Shown here: positions 53,156 through 64,000 of the stretch, piece after piece | Layout of the letters: the number at the start of each line of letters is the position of its first letter | Numbering within the stretch: the stretch's first letter is position 1 | Source: Escherichia coli | Lineage (GTDB): Bacteria; Pseudomonadota; Gammaproteobacteria; Enterobacterales; Enterobacteriaceae | Strand: one strand, 5' to 3' | DNA length: 64,000 nucleotides | NCBI RefSeq assembly: GCF_003334355.1 | Contig: NZ_QOWP01000001.1 | Program-made: the position numbers and the translations under genes | The notes under the pieces: generated by a model | Databases searched by the model: none | What the model was told of the DNA's origin: nothing | Seen by the model: the letters and a program-made list of their open reading frames with translations, nothing else

Positions 53156-55483
53156 AGTGGCTTTTGCCACCCACGCTTTCAGCACTTCTACGTCGTGACG
53201 CCACTCTTCTTTCATCTCTTCAATCCATTCACCGACGTTATCTTCCCAGGCCGGAAGGTCAGGAGACTGAATTTGCTGACCCAGCTGTTGCAGATGGCGT
53301 AACCCCACTGACCCCGCCGCACCTTTAATTTTATGTCCTTCCTCAACAATGCCTTTTTTATCCTGCGCCGTCAGATTCGACTCCAGCACGCTGACATAGC
53401 CCGGCATCATCTTCTCAAACACCGCTAACCCGTCGGTGATCAGCTTCGGTCCTACAAGTTCGAGATACTGTTCCAGCATGGGAATATCGAGCAATGCTTC
53501 TGATTTACTGTTCTCTTCTGTCGTCACCGTACTCTCCTCATCATCCAGGGTATCCCAGAATTTCTTGATCATCGCGGTTAGCGCCGGAACAGAAAGCGGC
53601 TTACTCAGCACATCATCCATTCCAGCATTGAGGTACTCTTGTTTGTCTTTCAGCACGTTAGCGGTTAAGGCCACCAGCGGCGGTAAATCCTCGCGCGGAT
53701 AACGTTTCGTCAGTTCACGAGAGATATCCAGCCCGGTCATATCTGGCAACTGAATATCCAGCAACACCAGGTCGTATTCGCCCGGTTTAAACATCTCCAG
53801 CGCCGCCTTGCCGGTCATGGCGACATCAACGCTGTTACCTAATTTTTCCAGCACAGAACGCGCAACAATCACGTTCAGTTCAATGTCTTCCACCAGCAGC
53901 ACATTCAGCGCCGGTAAAGGCATATCGTCTTCATCAAACGCATCATCGACCTCTTCTGCTACCGACGGTGCGTGGATCGTCAACGTAAAGGTTGAACCTT
54001 TGCCCTGTTCGCTGGTAACCGTAATATCGCCGCCCATATTTTTCGCCAGACGACGAGAAACGGCCAGACCAATACCGGTGCCGGTGGCAGGTTTACCGCC
54101 ATGACTGTCTTTCACCTGGTAATACATGGCGAAAATTTTATCCAGCTCATCCTGCGGAATGCCGATACCAGAGTCTTCCACTTCAAAATGCAGCATATCG
54201 CCTTCATCGTAGCGCACGCGCACGGTAACCTGGCCTTGCTGGGTGAATTTGACGGCGTTACTGATGAGGTTCCACAGGATCTGCCGTAAACGCGTCCCGT
54301 CGGTAATGACCTGATGCGGTAATGGCAGCGTCGGCTCCAGGTTAAAGCGCAATCCTTTTTGTTGCGCCTGCAATGCGGAGAGATTTTCCAGATCGGCAAG
54401 GAAGCTGGTGAAATCAACCGGTTGATTATCAAGCTGGACCTTGCGCCGTTCCATCTTATCCATGTCGATAATATCGTTAAAGATATTCCCCAGCGTGACG
54501 GCCGAAACATGGATGGTCTTGAGATATTTTTCCTGCTCGGCGGTGAGTTCGGTATCCAGCAGAATGCGGCTCAGACCGACGATACCGTTCAGCGGTGTAC
54601 GCAATTCGTGACTGATGGTGGAGATAAACGTCGTTTTGTCGCGGCTGGCCCGTTCAAGCGCATCCTGATACCGCTTACGCTCGGTAATGTCGCGACCAAA
54701 GCCCATCAAACCGTGACGTTTACCCACGCGGTCGTAGTACGGCACTTTACGGATTTCAAAGCAGGCTTTGCGCCCGTCCGGGTAATCCAGCCACTGTTCA
54801 TAGGTCAGTGACACATTATGACGGAACACTTTTTCATCGGTTTCAATGACTTTTGCGGCGGCTTCCGGTGAGTAAACATCAGCAGGTTTCAGGTGAATCA
54901 GTTGTTTTTCGCTTTTTCCGGTCAGCAGCTCCATCGCGCGGTTACAGCCGGAAAACTCTTTATCTTCGTTACGATAAAAAACCAGGTCGGGTGAAGCATC
55001 AAGGAAGGAACGTAAGAATGAGGATTGCTGCTCGAGCTGAATTTGTGTCTCTTCGCGCTCTTTGATTTCAATTTTCAGTTGGCCGAAGGTTTCCTGCAGT
55101 TCTGCTTCCGCTTTTTCACGAACGGCAATTTCCTGATTTAGCTGGGCAATATTATCTTTTAACTGAACGTTGAGGCTCAAATCGCGCTCGCGCATCTCCT
55201 CCAGTTTTTGCACCAGCCGTGACAGACGTTGTCGTGACTCCTCCAGTTGCTCGACGACCACCGATAGAAAGTAGACCGCCCACGGCGTAATCAGCAAACC
55301 AAAGAAGATAGAACGAATAACATCAATGCTTTCGACCTGACCATGCAGCACCATGGTTACCGCCATTTGTACCACAATGGCAAGAACGACGAGGGCCAGC
55401 GCCAGCAACATTGAGAAGCGCACCAGACCTAACTTCATCATCAGGTCAACATAATACTGCGCCAGCAGACGAATTTGCTTCAT
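53147..55483 (-). CDS. arcB: Aerobic respiration control sensor kinase ArcB, 778 aa
   Basis: ORF track 53147..55504; trimmed to ATG giving MKQIRLLAQYYVDLMMKLG; HisKA H-box SHELRTPLN, receiver and HPt domains. Confidence 0.97.
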   Translation of the reverse strand: MKQIRLLAQYYVDLMMKLGLVRFSMLLALALVVLAIVVQMAVTMVLHGQVESIDVIRSIFFGLLITPWAVYFLSVVVEQLEESRQRLSRLVQKLEEMRERDLSLNVQLKDNIAQLNQEIAVREKAEAELQETFGQLKIEIKEREETQIQLEQQSSFLRSFLDASPDLVFYRNEDKEFSGCNRAMELLTGKSEKQLIHLKPADVYSPEAAAKVIETDEKVFRHNVSLTYEQWLDYPDGRKACFEIRKVPYYDRVGKRHGLMGFGRDITERKRYQDALERASRDKTTFISTISHELRTPLNGIVGLSRILLDTELTAEQEKYLKTIHVSAVTLGNIFNDIIDMDKMERRKVQLDNQPVDFTSFLADLENLSALQAQQKGLRFNLEPTLPLPHQVITDGTRLRQILWNLISNAVKFTQQGQVTVRVRYDEGDMLHFEVEDSGIGIPQDELDKIFAMYYQVKDSHGGKPATGTGIGLAVSRRLAKNMGGDITVTSEQGKGSTFTLTIHAPSVAEEVDDAFDEDDMPLPALNVLLVEDIELNVIVARSVLEKLGNSVDVAMTGKAALEMFKPGEYDLVLLDIQLPDMTGLDISRELTKRYPREDLPPLVALTANVLKDKQEYLNAGMDDVLSKPLSVPALTAMIKKFWDTLDDEESTVTTEENSKSEALLDIPMLEQYLELVGPKLITDGLAVFEKMMPGYVSVLESNLTAQDKKGIVEEGHKIKGAAGSVGLRHLQQLGQQIQSPDLPAWEDNVGEWIEEMKEEWRHDVEVLKAWVAKATKK

Positions 55484-55578
55484 TAGGGAATTCCTTCGCG
55501 ACAACCTCCCCCAATAATACCCAATTCTGACAGTTACGTTATAAATTGTGTGAGAAATGCGGAATTCCCCTCAACGAC

Positions 55579-56508
55579 CTACTCCGTTGGAGGTAGCCAC
55601 GGACGTCCCAGCGCCGATCCCTGTACGCCATGTTCATTCAGATAGCGATCCAGCTCGACCATTCCCGTCCATCGATTTTCGCACCACAGCGGAGCAAGCA
55701 GCGTCGGGCGACGGGCGCTGGCGGAAATGCGGTGGTAGATCACTTCCGGTGGCGTATGGCGAATCATTTCTCCGGCAGTGAGCGTGTAATCCTCCAGTTC
55801 AATACCGTTCAAACGCCCCGCTTCCCAGGCTTTCGCCATAATGCTGCCTTTCACAATATGCAGCGGATGCAGCTTTATGCCGTCCACGCCGGTTTCAACC
55901 ACTCGCTCCAGCGTTTGCAAACATTCAGCCTGCCCTTCGCCAGGCAGGCCGACAATTAAGTGGGAACACACCTTCAGCCCGCGCTGACGTGCCAGCTGGG
56001 TTGTACGCTGATAACAGGCAAAATCATGGCCGCGGTTGATGCGATGCAGTGTTTTGTCGTGGGCGGTTTGTAGCCCCAGCTCCAGCCACACTTCGTAACC
56101 CTGGTCCTTATATTCGCAAAGCAGATCCAGCACCGCATCCGGCACGCAGTCCGGGCGGGTACCAACACACAAACCGACAATATTGGCCTGGCTCACCGCC
56201 TGCTGATACATAGAACGCAGCACCTGAACTTCCGCAAAGGTGCTGGTATACGCCTGAAAGTAGGCCAGATAGCGTTTAGCACGGTTAACTAAATTCGCCT
56301 GGTGCGCCAGTTGCTCGGCAATGGAACGATGCTGCTGCGCTTCATCGGCAAACGAGGCCACATTACAGAATGTGCAGCCACCACGCCCGATGGTACCGTC
56401 ACGGTTAGGGCAGCTAAAACCGCCGTGCAGCGTCAGCTTATGCACCTTTTGCCCATAACGACGGGTGAGATCACCACCAAACATATTGACTAATTTCTGT
56501 AACTGCAT
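55579..56508 (-). CDS. yhcC: Radical SAM protein YhcC (TIGR01212 family), 309 aa
   Basis: ORF track 55579..56541; trimmed to ATG giving MQLQKLVNMFGGDLTRRYG; cysteine-rich motif CPNRDGTIGRGGCTFC. Confidence 0.9.
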   Translation of the reverse strand: MQLQKLVNMFGGDLTRRYGQKVHKLTLHGGFSCPNRDGTIGRGGCTFCNVASFADEAQQHRSIAEQLAHQANLVNRAKRYLAYFQAYTSTFAEVQVLRSMYQQAVSQANIVGLCVGTRPDCVPDAVLDLLCEYKDQGYEVWLELGLQTAHDKTLHRINRGHDFACYQRTTQLARQRGLKVCSHLIVGLPGEGQAECLQTLERVVETGVDGIKLHPLHIVKGSIMAKAWEAGRLNGIELEDYTLTAGEMIRHTPPEVIYHRISASARRPTLLAPLWCENRWTGMVELDRYLNEHGVQGSALGRPWLPPTE

Positions 56509-56541
56509 AATCTGATAGACCGCGCCTTGAAAAGAGGCCAA

Positions 56542-57182
56542 AGCCTGCCATTTTTAGCTCAATTCGGCGATGACCTGGATCAATCGTCCCGGCCTGCTTT
56601 TATCAACTGCATAATCAATCAAAATTACCGAAATTTCATGCATAATCACATAAATCACTTTTGCTTATCTTGTGTCAGATTTTTTTATCTCCTTATGGAT
56701 TTTAGGCAAAAACAGTAGCATGAAACGTCATTACCAATTAAGGCAGTATAAAATGCTGGTTTTGTCGTCAGTTCAAGGCAGGATAAGGGTTAACACGCCT
56801 TTATGACAGTCAGGAATTGACTGTTTCTCTAACGACTTCCCTTTTAGCCTTAAAGATAAAATCTATTTTAATTTCAGTCAGTTAATAAAGAATTTTGCGC
56901 TAAAGCACATTTCTGTACCAATAAGCTTGCTATTTGACCTGTATCAGCTTTCCCGATAAGTTGGAAATCCGCTGGAAGCTTTCTGGATGAGCAGCCTGCT
57001 CATCATATTTATGCAGTAATTGAGATCCCCTCTTCACCGTATTAACCGATGCGAAAAGGACAACAAGGGGGCGAATGCGAGGCGCGCGTATGACACGCAA
57101 ACCCCGTCGCCACGCTCTTTCTGTGCCCGTGCGCAGCGGTTCGGAAGTGGGGTTCCCGCAGAGCCTGGGGGAGGTTCACGAT
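56542..57182 (+). promoter_or_regulatory. gltBD upstream regulatory region and leader
   Basis: About 640 bp AT-rich non-coding DNA upstream of gltB; established knowledge places the gltB promoter and its regulator-binding sites here (individual sites not mapped); contains palindrome gatgagca-gcc-tgctcatc near 56986-57004. Confidence 0.45.
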
Positions 57183-60100
57183 ATGTTGTACGATAAATCC
57201 CTTGAGAGGGATAACTGTGGTTTCGGCCTGATCGCCCACATAGAAGGCGAACCTAGCCACAAGGTAGTGCGTACTGCAATACACGCACTGGCCCGCATGC
57301 AGCACCGTGGCGCGATTCTCGCCGATGGTAAAACCGGTGACGGTTGCGGCTTGCTGTTACAAAAACCGGATCGCTTTTTTCGCATCGTTGCGCAGGAGCG
57401 CGGCTGGCGTTTAGCGAAAAACTACGCCGTCGGGATGCTATTCCTGAATAAAGATCCTGAACTCGCCGCTGCCGCACGCCGCATCGTTGAAGAAGAGCTG
57501 CAACGCGAAACCTTGTCGATTGTGGGCTGGCGTGATGTCCCCACTAACGAAGGCGTGCTGGGTGAAATCGCCCTCTCCTCTCTGCCACGCATTGAGCAAA
57601 TTTTTGTGAACGCCCCGGCAGGCTGGCGTCCACGCGATATGGAGCGCCGTCTGTTTATCGCCCGCCGCCGCATTGAAAAGCGTCTCGAAGCCGACAAAGA
57701 CTTCTACGTCTGTAGCCTGTCGAATCTGGTGAACATCTATAAAGGTCTGTGTATGCCGGCGGATCTGCCGCGCTTTTATCTGGATCTTGCGGACCTGCGT
57801 CTGGAATCGGCCATTTGCCTGTTCCACCAGCGCTTCTCCACTAACACCGTACCGCGCTGGCCGCTGGCGCAACCGTTCCGCTATCTGGCGCATAACGGTG
57901 AAATCAACACCATCACCGGTAACCGCCAATGGGCGCGTGCGCGTACCTATAAATTCCAGACGCCGCTTATCCCTGATCTGCACGACGCCGCACCGTTCGT
58001 CAACGAAACCGGCTCTGACTCCAGTTCCATGGATAACATGCTGGAACTGCTGCTGGCAGGCGGGATGGATATCATCCGCGCCATGCGTCTATTAGTACCA
58101 CCCGCCTGGCAGAACAACCCGGATATGGACCCGGAACTGCGTGCCTTCTTTGACTTTAACTCCATGCATATGGAGCCGTGGGATGGCCCGGCGGGCATCG
58201 TGATGTCCGACGGTCGTTTTGCCGCCTGTAACCTCGACCGTAACGGTCTGCGTCCGGCGCGCTACGTCATCACCAAAGATAAGCTCATCACCTGCGCCTC
58301 TGAAGTCGGTATCTGGGATTACCAGCCTGACGAAGTGGTCGAAAAAGGCCGCGTCGGGCCAGGCGAACTGATGGTTATCGACACCCGCAGTGGGCGTATT
58401 CTGCACTCGGCAGAAACCGATGACGATCTGAAAAGCCGCCATCCATATAAAGAGTGGATGGAGAAAAACGTCCGCCGACTGGTACCGTTTGAAGATCTGC
58501 CCGATGAAGAAGTGGGTAGCCGCGAACTGGACGACGACACGCTTGCCAGCTACCAGAAACAGTTTAACTACAGCGCGGAAGAGCTGGACTCCGTAATTCG
58601 CGTACTGGGCGAAAACGGTCAGGAAGCGGTCGGTTCGATGGGCGATGATACCCCATTCGCCGTGCTCTCCAGTCAGCCGCGCATTATTTACGACTACTTC
58701 CGCCAGCAGTTTGCCCAGGTGACTAACCCGCCAATCGACCCGCTGCGTGAAGCGCATGTTATGTCGCTCGCCACCAGTATCGGTCGTGAAATGAACGTCT
58801 TTTGCGAAGCAGAGGGCCAGGCGCACCGTTTAAGCTTTAAATCGCCGATTCTGCTCTACTCCGATTTCAAACAGCTCACGACGATGAAAGAGGAGCACTA
58901 CCGCGCAGATACGCTGGATATCACCTTTGACGTCACTAAAACCACGCTCGAAGCGACAGTCAAAGAGCTGTGCGACAAAGCCGAAAAAATGGTACGTAGC
59001 GGCACCGTGCTGCTGGTGCTCTCCGACCGGAATATCGCTAAAGATCGCCTGCCGGTTCCAGCCCCGATGGCGGTTGGCGCGATCCAGACCCGTCTGGTCG
59101 ATCAAAGCCTGCGTTGCGATGCCAACATCATCGTCGAAACCGCCAGCGCCCGCGATCCGCACCACTTCGCCGTGTTGCTGGGCTTCGGCGCGACGGCTAT
59201 TTATCCATACCTTGCCTATGAAACGCTGGGCCGCCTGGTAGACACCCATGCGATTGCCAAAGATTATCGTACCGTGATGCTCAACTACCGTAACGGCATC
59301 AACAAAGGCTTGTACAAAATCATGTCCAAAATGGGCATCTCCACCATCGCCTCTTACCGCTGCTCGAAACTGTTTGAAGCGGTCGGTCTACACGATGATG
59401 TAGTGGGCCTGTGCTTCCAGGGGGCGGTCAGCCGCATTGGTGGGGCAAGCTTTGAAGACTTCCAGCAGGATCTGCTGAATCTGTCGAAACGTGCCTGGCT
59501 GGCGCGTAAGCCCATCAGCCAGGGCGGCCTGCTGAAATACGTCCACGGCGGCGAATACCACGCCTACAACCCGGACGTGGTGCGCACGCTGCAACAAGCG
59601 GTACAAAGCGGCGAGTACAGCGACTATCAGGAATACGCGAAGCTGGTTAATGAGCGTCCGGCAACCACGCTGCGCGATCTGCTGGCAATTACGCCGGGTG
59701 AAAACGCGGTCAACATTGCTGATGTTGAACCGGCAAGCGAACTGTTTAAACGCTTTGATACCGCCGCGATGTCTATCGGCGCGTTAAGCCCGGAAGCCCA
59801 CGAGGCGCTGGCGGAAGCGATGAACAGCATCGGCGGTAATTCGAACTCCGGTGAAGGCGGCGAAGACCCGGCGCGCTACGGCACCAACAAAGTGTCGCGC
59901 ATCAAGCAGGTGGCTTCCGGTCGCTTTGGGGTTACTCCGGCGTATCTGGTCAATGCCGACGTCATTCAGATTAAAGTCGCCCAGGGCGCGAAGCCAGGCG
60001 AAGGCGGTCAGTTGCCGGGTGATAAAGTCACGCCTTACATCGCCAAACTGCGCTATTCGGTGCCCGGAGTGACGCTGATCTCCCCGCCGCCGCACCACGA

Positions 60101-61643
60101 TATCTACTCTATCGAGGACTTAGCGCAGCTCATTTTCGACCTCAAGCAGGTTAACCCGAAAGCGATGATCTCCGTGAAGCTGGTTTCCGAACCGGGAGTA
60201 GGCACCATCGCGACTGGCGTGGCAAAAGCTTATGCGGACTTGATCACCATCGCAGGCTATGACGGCGGCACCGGCGCAAGTCCGCTTTCATCGGTGAAAT
60301 ACGCAGGCTGTCCGTGGGAGCTGGGGCTTGTTGAAACCCAGCAGGCGCTGGTTGCTAACGGCTTGCGTCACAAGATCCGTTTGCAGGTCGATGGCGGCCT
60401 GAAAACGGGTGTCGATATCATCAAGGCGGCGATTCTCGGCGCAGAAAGCTTCGGCTTCGGCACTGGCCCGATGGTGGCGCTCGGCTGTAAATATCTACGT
60501 ATTTGCCATCTGAACAACTGCGCAACGGGTGTAGCAACTCAGGATGACAAACTGCGTAAGAACCACTATCACGGCCTGCCATTCAAGGTGACGAATTACT
60601 TTGAGTTTATCGCCCGTGAAACCCGCGAGCTGATGGCACAGCTTGGCGTAACACGTCTGGTGGATCTGATTGGTCGCACCGACCTGCTGAAAGAGCTGGA
60701 CGGTTTCACCGCCAAACAGCAGAAGCTGGCGCTGTCGAAGCTGCTGGAGACTGCCGAACCGCATCCAGGTAAGGCACTCTACTGCACCGAAAACAACCCG
60801 CCGTTTGATAACGGCCTGCTGAACGCGCAGTTGCTGCAACAGGCGAAACCGTTTGTCGATGAGCGCCAGAGCAAAACCTTCTGGTTCGATATTCGCAACA
60901 CCGACCGTTCTGTCGGCGCGTCGCTTTCAGGCTATATCGCCCAGACGCACGGCGATCAGGGGCTGGCAGCCGATCCTATCAAAGCGTACTTCAACGGCAC
61001 CGCAGGCCAGAGCTTCGGCGTGTGGAACGCGGGCGGCGTGGAACTGTACCTGACCGGTGATGCCAACGACTATGTCGGTAAAGGCATGGCGGGCGGCTTA
61101 ATCGCCATTCGTCCTCCGGTTGGTTCCGCCTTCCGCAGCCATGAAGCAAGCATTATCGGCAACACCTGCCTGTATGGCGCGACCGGTGGTCGTCTGTATG
61201 CCGCAGGCCGCGCGGGTGAACGTTTCGGCGTGCGTAACTCCGGTGCTATCACCGTGGTAGAAGGCATTGGCGACAACGGTTGTGAATATATGACGGGTGG
61301 TATCGTCTGCATTCTGGGTAAAACCGGCGTTAACTTCGGTGCGGGCATGACCGGCGGTTTCGCTTACGTTCTCGATGAAAGCGGCGATTTCCGCAAACGC
61401 GTTAACCCGGAACTGGTCGAGGTCTTAAGCGTTGACGCTCTGGCGATCCATGAAGAGCATCTGCGTGGTCTTATCACCGAGCATGTGCAGCATACCGGCT
61501 CTCAGCGCGGTGAAGAGATTCTGGCGAACTGGTCAACCTTCGCCACTAAATTTGCGCTGGTTAAACCGAAGTCCAGTGATGTAAAAGCACTGCTGGGTCA
61601 CCGTAGTCGTAGCGCAGCTGAGTTGCGCGTGCAGGCGCAGTAA
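57183..61643 (+). CDS. gltB: Glutamate synthase (NADPH) large subunit, 1486 aa
   Basis: ORF track 57075..61643; trimmed to ATG giving [27 protein letters not shown] (N-terminal amidotransferase Cys); FMN and 3Fe-4S domains. Confidence 0.97.
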   Translation: MLYDKSLERDNCGFGLIAHIEGEPSHKVVRTAIHALARMQHRGAILADGKTGDGCGLLLQKPDRFFRIVAQERGWRLAKNYAVGMLFLNKDPELAAAARRIVEEELQRETLSIVGWRDVPTNEGVLGEIALSSLPRIEQIFVNAPAGWRPRDMERRLFIARRRIEKRLEADKDFYVCSLSNLVNIYKGLCMPADLPRFYLDLADLRLESAICLFHQRFSTNTVPRWPLAQPFRYLAHNGEINTITGNRQWARARTYKFQTPLIPDLHDAAPFVNETGSDSSSMDNMLELLLAGGMDIIRAMRLLVPPAWQNNPDMDPELRAFFDFNSMHMEPWDGPAGIVMSDGRFAACNLDRNGLRPARYVITKDKLITCASEVGIWDYQPDEVVEKGRVGPGELMVIDTRSGRILHSAETDDDLKSRHPYKEWMEKNVRRLVPFEDLPDEEVGSRELDDDTLASYQKQFNYSAEELDSVIRVLGENGQEAVGSMGDDTPFAVLSSQPRIIYDYFRQQFAQVTNPPIDPLREAHVMSLATSIGREMNVFCEAEGQAHRLSFKSPILLYSDFKQLTTMKEEHYRADTLDITFDVTKTTLEATVKELCDKAEKMVRSGTVLLVLSDRNIAKDRLPVPAPMAVGAIQTRLVDQSLRCDANIIVETASARDPHHFAVLLGFGATAIYPYLAYETLGRLVDTHAIAKDYRTVMLNYRNGINKGLYKIMSKMGISTIASYRCSKLFEAVGLHDDVVGLCFQGAVSRIGGASFEDFQQDLLNLSKRAWLARKPISQGGLLKYVHGGEYHAYNPDVVRTLQQAVQSGEYSDYQEYAKLVNERPATTLRDLLAITPGENAVNIADVEPASELFKRFDTAAMSIGALSPEAHEALAEAMNSIGGNSNSGEGGEDPARYGTNKVSRIKQVASGRFGVTPAYLVNADVIQIKVAQGAKPGEGGQLPGDKVTPYIAKLRYSVPGVTLISPPPHHDIYSIEDLAQLIFDLKQVNPKAMISVKLVSEPGVGTIATGVAKAYADLITIAGYDGGTGASPLSSVKYAGCPWELGLVETQQALVANGLRHKIRLQVDGGLKTGVDIIKAAILGAESFGFGTGPMVALGCKYLRICHLNNCATGVATQDDKLRKNHYHGLPFKVTNYFEFIARETRELMAQLGVTRLVDLIGRTDLLKELDGFTAKQQKLALSKLLETAEPHPGKALYCTENNPPFDNGLLNAQLLQQAKPFVDERQSKTFWFDIRNTDRSVGASLSGYIAQTHGDQGLAADPIKAYFNGTAGQSFGVWNAGGVELYLTGDANDYVGKGMAGGLIAIRPPVGSAFRSHEASIIGNTCLYGATGGRLYAAGRAGERFGVRNSGAITVVEGIGDNGCEYMTGGIVCILGKTGVNFGAGMTGGFAYVLDESGDFRKRVNPELVEVLSVDALAIHEEHLRGLITEHVQHTGSQRGEEILANWSTFATKFALVKPKSSDVKALLGHRSRSAAELRVQAQ

Positions 61644-63074
<1,431 letters not shown>

Positions 63075-63083
63075 GCTCTGTCC

Positions 63084-63136
63084 CAGCGCCGCCTCCTCAG
63101 AAAAGAGTCGGCGCTGAAATTCTCCTTTCTTTCTGG
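63084..63136 (+). terminator. Candidate stem-loop downstream of gltD
   Basis: cagcgccg ... cggcgctg inverted repeat with about 17-nt loop followed by T-rich tract; weak terminator. Confidence 0.3.
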
Positions 63137-63257
63137 AAAGCGCCTCGCATAATCTGAAGAAAACCAATGTAATACGCTCATCTGGATTGTTACCGGTAGA
63201 TGCCCGGCGTATAGCTGATTCCATTATTCAACGCAGCGCCATATAAAGGGACAGATA

Positions 63258-63737
63258 ATGGAATCGCTCTCAGAGAGAACCTCAACAGGCTACCAGCAAA
63301 TCCATGACGGTATTATTCACCTGGTCGATAGCGCCCGGACGGAAACGGTACGTAGCGTTAACGCGCTGATGACCGCGACATACTGGGAAATTGGCCGACG
63401 AATTGTCGAATTTGAACAAGGTGGCGAGGCCAGGGCTGCGTATGGTGCGCAGCTAATCAAGCGACAATCAAAGGATTTAAGTCTAAGGTATAAGCGTGGG
63501 TTCTCTGCAAAAAACTTACGCCAAATGAGGCTTTTTTACCTCTTTTTTCAACATGTTGAAATTCGCCAGACAGTGTCTGGCGAATTAACACCATTGGGAA
63601 TTCCGCAGACACCATCTGCAGAATTCCCATCGGCAAAGATTTGGCAGACGCTGTCTGCCAAATTGAGAGGCTGTTTGATATTTCCACAGCTTTTGTATTG
63701 CATCTCCTATTTTCGGTTTGTATATTCATGCAAATAA
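63258..63737 (+). pseudogene. Truncated DUF1016/YhcG-family gene (N-terminal domain only; PD-(D/E)XK nuclease domain absent)
   Basis: ORF track 63258..63737 (159 aa); residues ~30-100 (LMTATYWEIGRRIVEFEQGG...GFSAKNLRQMRLFY) resemble the DUF1016 N-terminal domain; recognisable similarity stops at the triple repeat near 63560-63670, then an unrelated tail and stop. Confidence 0.5.
63561..63669. repeat. Three tandem degenerate ~38-bp units each with a palindromic core GCAGAC-N(1-5)-GTCTGC followed by AATT
   Basis: Units: ttcGCCAGACAGTGTCTGGCGAATTaacaccattgggaa / ttcCGCAGACACCATCTGCAGAATTcccatcggcaaaga / tttGGCAGACGCTGTCTGCCAAATTgagaggctgtttga. Confidence 0.7.
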
Positions 63738-63754
63738 ACGAAGGAAAGTTGCCA

Positions 63755-64000
63755 TGATTTACATTGAACAGCTTGAATTAATCCATAAAAGTGGTGATGT
63801 GTTGTATCCAGTAAAAATAACCAGAAAATCATCAGGAAAAACTGCCTTCCACCTTGTTCCATTCGGCTTAAATAAGACTCACGACCTTCTAGAGGTGGAA
63901 GATGCTTCAGAAGCAATTCGGCTGGTGATTGATGAACGTCATTCCATTCGCTGCAGTACACTTACAGCAACTATTACGAATAAAAAGGGCAAGCGAATTA
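63755..64000 (+). CDS. Hypothetical protein, N-terminal fragment (at least 81 codons), gene continues beyond window end
   Basis: ATG at 63755 preceded by AAGGAAAG at -13 to -6; reads MIYIEQLELIHKSGDVLYPVKITRKSSGKTAFHLVPFGLNKTHDLLEVEDASEAIRLVIDERHSIRCSTLTATITNKKGKRI with no stop before position 64000; no signal peptide; not recognised. Confidence 0.5.

Noticed and set aside
58092-58826. 244-aa minus-strand ORF
   Set aside because: Antisense to gltB, one of several such frames across 57000-63000.
63616-63626. Overlapping PstI and EcoRI sites (ctgcagaattc), a possible cloning scar
   Set aside because: The same positions in the two sibling repeat units read ctggcgaatt and ctgccaaatt, so the sites arise from natural repeat divergence, not engineering.
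63258-63737. Possibility that the DUF1016-like ORF is an intact short gene
   Set aside because: Family-like sequence stops two-thirds of the way through, the remainder is repeat-derived and unrelated, and the nuclease domain is missing; treated as a remnant.

Overview
This window reads as Escherichia coli-type core chromosome, colinear from start to about position 63,075 with the K-12 yraQ-to-gltD segment (identified from recalled protein sequences and gene order, not from any database search). It carries about 60 protein genes, including the metY-rimP-nusA-infB-rbfA-truB-rpsO-pnp operon, deaD, ftsH, the mla and lpt/kds clusters, rpoN-hpf-ptsN-rapZ-npr, arcB and gltBD. It also holds two tRNA genes (metY, leuU), the ArcZ sRNA, REP-type repeats and several intrinsic terminators. 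Where the ORF track begins upstream of the known N-terminus, or on a non-ATG codon (the track prints any first codon as M), I trimmed the start to the start codon matching the recalled protein N-terminus (an in-frame ATG, or TTG/GTG for pnp, rimP and ubiT). Coordinates of non-coding features are hand-counted and may be off by a base or two. I found no CRISPR array, IS element, integrase or prophage, and no complete novel system. The one place that does not look like core genome is the last ~900 bp after gltD: a truncated DUF1016/YhcG-like ORF whose 3' end is a threefold palindrome-containing repeat, then an unrecognised ORF that runs off the window. That is the best lead, but too little of it is visible to call a system.
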